This document shows positions 60,968 to 64,000 of a DNA stretch of 64,000 nt, piece by piece; position 1 is the first letter of the stretch, and every line of letters begins with the position of its first letter. The notes below the pieces were generated by a model. It made no database searches and was not told the DNA's origin. It worked only from the letters and a program-made list of their open reading frames with translations. Made by a program: the position numbers and the translations under genes. The stretch is from an uncultured Gemmatimonadales bacterium. GTDB taxonomy: Bacteria > Gemmatimonadota > Gemmatimonadetes > Gemmatimonadales > GWC2-71-9. The stretch covers positions 704,001 to 768,000 of the forward strand of contig CAWHFW010000002.1 of the NCBI GenBank assembly GCA_963828735.1, written 5' to 3'.

Positions 60968-61701
60968 GGCGTCATGCCTCCGTCGACCCCGATCACCTGC
61001 CCGGTGACGTATCGCGCCAGATTCGAGGCCAGGAATACGGCGACCCCCGCCACGTCGTCAGGCGTGCCGACACGGCCCATGCGAATCTGCGGGACTCGAC
61101 GCTCCGGCCACGCCGCCGCCACGTCATGCATCATTTCGGTGTCGATGAGACCGGGTGCGATGGCGTTCACGCGGATGCCCTTGGGGGCGAGCTCCTTGGC
61201 GCTCGACAGCGTATACCCCACGACGGCCGCCTTGGACGCGGCATACGCGGCCAGCCCTTCCGCCCCCTGAATCCCGGCGATGGAGGTGAGATTCACGATG
61301 CTCGGCAATTCGCTCCGCTCCATCGCACGCGTGGCGTACTGCGTGAGCACCATGAGGGCGAGCACATTCACGTTCAGCATCTCCCGCATGTGCTCCACGG
61401 AGGTCATGCCGATGAGTCCCTGCCGCAGAACGCCCGCGTTGTTCACGAGAACGTCCAGTCGCCCGTGCTCCCGGCGGATCGACGCGACCACGTCGCGGGA
61501 GAACGCATGGTCGTTGATATCACCGCGCAGGACGCGCGCCGGGCGCTCGGGCGTGCTCAGCTCGGCGGCCACGGTCTCGACGCTTTCGCTGCGGGCACAG
61601 AGGACGAGGGTCGCGCCCTCACTGGCGAACGCGCGCGCCACCGCGGCACCGATGCCTCGGCTGGCGCCCGTCACCAAGCTGACGCGCCCTTCAAGCAGCA
61701 T
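60964..61701 (-). CDS. FabG-like 3-oxoacyl-ACP reductase (SDR)
   Basis: [38 protein letters not shown]. Confidence 0.92.
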   Translation of the reverse strand: MLLEGRVSLVTGASRGIGAAVARAFASEGATLVLCARSESVETVAAELSTPERPARVLRGDINDHAFSRDVVASIRREHGRLDVLVNNAGVLRQGLIGMTSVEHMREMLNVNVLALMVLTQYATRAMERSELPSIVNLTSIAGIQGAEGLAAYAASKAAVVGYTLSSAKELAPKGIRVNAIAPGLIDTEMMHDVAAAWPERRVPQIRMGRVGTPDDVAGVAVFLASNLARYVTGQVIGVDGGMTP

Positions 61702-61936
61702 CGAAGCTCACTCCAAGGCCGGTCAGGATCTCGCGAGCCCTGGCGACGGTGCTCATGCCCAGGATGTCGTCCGTGTCGAACATGACGTCGAATTCGGTCT
61801 CGAGCTCCACGACCAGGGCCATGTGAGCGACCGAGTCCCACTCCTTGAGGCTGTTGTAGGCGAGATCGTCGGTGACCCGCTCATGAGGAATCCCGAGCGA
61901 CCGACTGAAGCAGTCCCGGAGCTTTTCTGCGTTCAT
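61691..61936 (-). CDS. acyl carrier protein
   Basis: WDSVAHMALVVELETEFDV phosphopantetheine site; 81 aa, acidic. Confidence 0.88.
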   Translation of the reverse strand: MNAEKLRDCFSRSLGIPHERVTDDLAYNSLKEWDSVAHMALVVELETEFDVMFDTDDILGMSTVARAREILTGLGVSFDAA

Positions 61937-62074
61937 GCTGGTCTCCATACCTGCGAGGCTCGTGCGAACAGGAGCGTTCGCCGTGCAGCAGCGGTGATGG
62001 GCAACTGGCCGGCTCAGGCACACACACGTGCCCCGCCCCCGCTTGCCCGGCGAGCCCATCGCCGATGGGCGAAG

Positions 62075-62914
62075 TCATGTGGCCGACAATTGACCGTCCG
62101 CGAGCAGCCGCCGCGCCGACGTGAACGAGAACTCGCTCATCAGGCGGCGCAGCCGCTCTTCCGTTTTCTCCAGGTTGTTGTATTGCCGAAACCGGCTCGC
62201 CCAACTCATCCCGGGAACCCGGGGCTGCTCCGGATCCAGCTCCCACGGATGCAGATAGAACATAACGGGCCGCCCCTGCTCGTTACACTTTCGCATGAGC
62301 CAGCGGGTGACCCGATAGGGGTACAGCCGGAAATATCCGCCGCCGCTGCAGGGAATCTTCCGTCCGAGGAGCTCGGTGACCCCCATGGGCAGCTCGACCA
62401 GGCCTTCCGCGAGCTGATGCGGTCGCAGGTCCGCGTCGGGCATGCCGTAATCGGGGTGGTATTCCATCGGGAAGATGGACGAGTCGTACTGAATGCCAGT
62501 CTCGCGCAGGATGTCGACGGCCCACAACGTCTCGGGCGTCAGCGAGAAGGACGGCGCCCGGAATCCGCGGACGTCCTGCCGAGCCGTCTTCGCCAGGACC
62601 TCGAGCGACCGGTTGAGATCGGCCCGGAACTCCTCGGGCCTCATGAAGGTCAACAGCCGGTGGGAGTACCCATGCGACGCGATCTCGTGCCCGTCGCGCT
62701 CGATTTCCCTCACGAGGTCGGGAAATCGGTCCGCCACCCAGCCCAGGACAAAGAACGTCGCCTCGACCTGATGCTGCCGAAAAAGCTCCAGGAGTCGCAA
62801 CGTGCTGCGCTCGACTCGGGACTCGCACGCGTCCCAGTCTTCGTAGCGGATTAGCCGGCTCAGGTTGTAGACACAAAACCAGTCCTCAACGTCAATAGAC
62901 ATGACGTTGTTCAT
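62075..62914 (-). CDS. polysaccharide deacetylase (PEP-CTERM-locus/DUF3473 type)
   Basis: SIDVEDWF, ATFFVLG, HEIASHGYSH, GFRAPSFS, GGGYFRL, FYLHPWELDP. Confidence 0.92.
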   Translation of the reverse strand: MNNVMSIDVEDWFCVYNLSRLIRYEDWDACESRVERSTLRLLELFRQHQVEATFFVLGWVADRFPDLVREIERDGHEIASHGYSHRLLTFMRPEEFRADLNRSLEVLAKTARQDVRGFRAPSFSLTPETLWAVDILRETGIQYDSSIFPMEYHPDYGMPDADLRPHQLAEGLVELPMGVTELLGRKIPCSGGGYFRLYPYRVTRWLMRKCNEQGRPVMFYLHPWELDPEQPRVPGMSWASRFRQYNNLEKTEERLRRLMSEFSFTSARRLLADGQLSAT

Positions 62915-63426
62915 CGTCCAGCCTCCGGTTCCCACCCACGGTGGGCCTGACTCCGTTTCATCGCCATGGTTTCCCGCCGAGCCCCGGCAGTAGCGAACTC
63001 GCGCGCCGAGCCCGGGGCTGGAGTGGGGCTCACCGCGACTTCAAAGGCTCTGGCGTTGGCAGCCGCTCTGTCAGCCGCGCTCGTGACGCGGGCGAGCATG
63101 ACATTTGCAGCTTCAACCCCGTGCCGGAGCTCATGTTCGGAGACTTGGAAGCGAGCACTCGGACCGCGCCCGACCGTACGTCCGGCAGGGCGAATGAGGG
63201 CGGCCAGCATCCCCAAAGGTTCGCAGGACCCACAGTCTCCGCGCAACCCTGGAGAGACCATTCGCAAAGATCTTTCGGGGCCCACGGCCGGATGGCCGCG
63301 TGAGCGCCCCCGCAGCTCGCCCGATATATTTCCGCCCCCCGCTATCATCGCTGGGGCCGAGCCCCCACCTGGACTCTTCCCGAACGCGTAGGTCGGGCAC
63401 CAGCGAAGCAACCGGAGGTGCGTGGA

Positions 63427-64000
63427 GTGAAGATCACTTACGTCGTGACCCGTGCGGATCCTATCGGCGGGGTTCAGATCCACGTCAAGGACCTGGCGTT
63501 CGCGGCGCAGGCGCAAGGGCACAAGGTCACGGTTCTGACCGGTGGCCGCGGGCCTTTCGTCGACGCGCTTCGGGCACAGGGCACGCCGACCGTGACCCTC
63601 CGGAACCTGATCGTTCCGATCAGTCCGGTGCGCGATCCCCTGGCATTGAGGGAGATCTACGGTCTCGTGAAGGGATTGCGTCCGGATCTACTCGCTCTCC
63701 ATTCCGCCAAGGCTGGAGTGATCGGTCGAGTGGTCGGGAAGTGGCTCGGTATTCCCGCCGTGCTCACGGCACACGGCTGGACCTTCACCCCCGGATTTCC
63801 CGAGGCGCAGGCCGCGGTGTATCGCAGGGTCGAGCGTCTGGCGGGTCCGTTGACCAGCAAGATCATTGCCGTATCCGAGTTCGATCGCCGGCTGGCGCTC
63901 GAGGCCGAGATCGTCCCAGCGGACCGCATCGTCACGGTGCACAACGGCATACCCGATGTGCCGCTGACCCTGCGAGCGGACCCGGGTCGGGTACCACCTC
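63427..64000 (+). CDS. glycosyltransferase family 4, N-terminal part (3' truncated; absent from ORF track)
   Basis: GGAGG RBS, GTG start, VKITYVVTRADPIGGVQIHV...HSAKAG...TAHGW...IIAVSE...VHNGI. Confidence 0.85.
   Translation, partial: MKITYVVTRADPIGGVQIHVKDLAFAAQAQGHKVTVLTGGRGPFVDALRAQGTPTVTLRNLIVPISPVRDPLALREIYGLVKGLRPDLLALHSAKAGVIGRVVGKWLGIPAVLTAHGWTFTPGFPEAQAAVYRRVERLAGPLTSKIIAVSEFDRRLALEAEIVPADRIVTVHNGIPDVPLTLRADPGRVPP

Noticed and set aside
63395..63410. sigma54-like GG-N10-GC before the last GT4
   Set aside because: The implied start site would fall downstream of the RBS and the -12 element is poor
62915..63426. ORFs in the divergent intergenic region
   Set aside because: No recognisable motifs or good RBS; treated as regulatory DNA

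Overview
High-GC bacterial chromosome segment. Gene content looks Gemmatimonadota-like, which is an inference and was not tested. It has three zones. (1) 1-10.1 kb is accessory: an ArsR-SRPBCC-DHFR-like operon, then a minus-strand integron-type cassette array with 7 intact and 4 decayed/partial attC sites and no integrase in the window (CALIN-like). Inside it, on the opposite strand, is a small SEC-C zinc-motif gene missing from the ORF track. Its protein can only be read through successive +1 frameshifts, each at a UUU-Y Phe codon (TTT-TGA, TTT-CAA, possibly TTT-TAG). This is the most unusual signal in the window. (2) 10.3-25.5 kb is housekeeping: pyrimidine-nucleoside phosphorylase, GAF-ligA-V4R, acyl-CoA ligase, M23 peptidase and a PTPS-II/folE/SDR pterin operon. 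(3) 25.6-64 kb is a large Wzx/Wzy-type polysaccharide locus. It has four sulfotransferases, an embedded sulfate import and PAPS supply module (porin, sbp, cysTWA, cysD/N/C/Q, Rrf2 with operator) lacking sulfate-reduction genes, and a deacetylase-ACP-FabG-AMP ligase-LuxE-LuxC-GNAT tailoring block. Together these suggest a sulfated, acyl-modified exopolysaccharide. All calls come from reading the sequence and recalled family motifs; no database searches were run.
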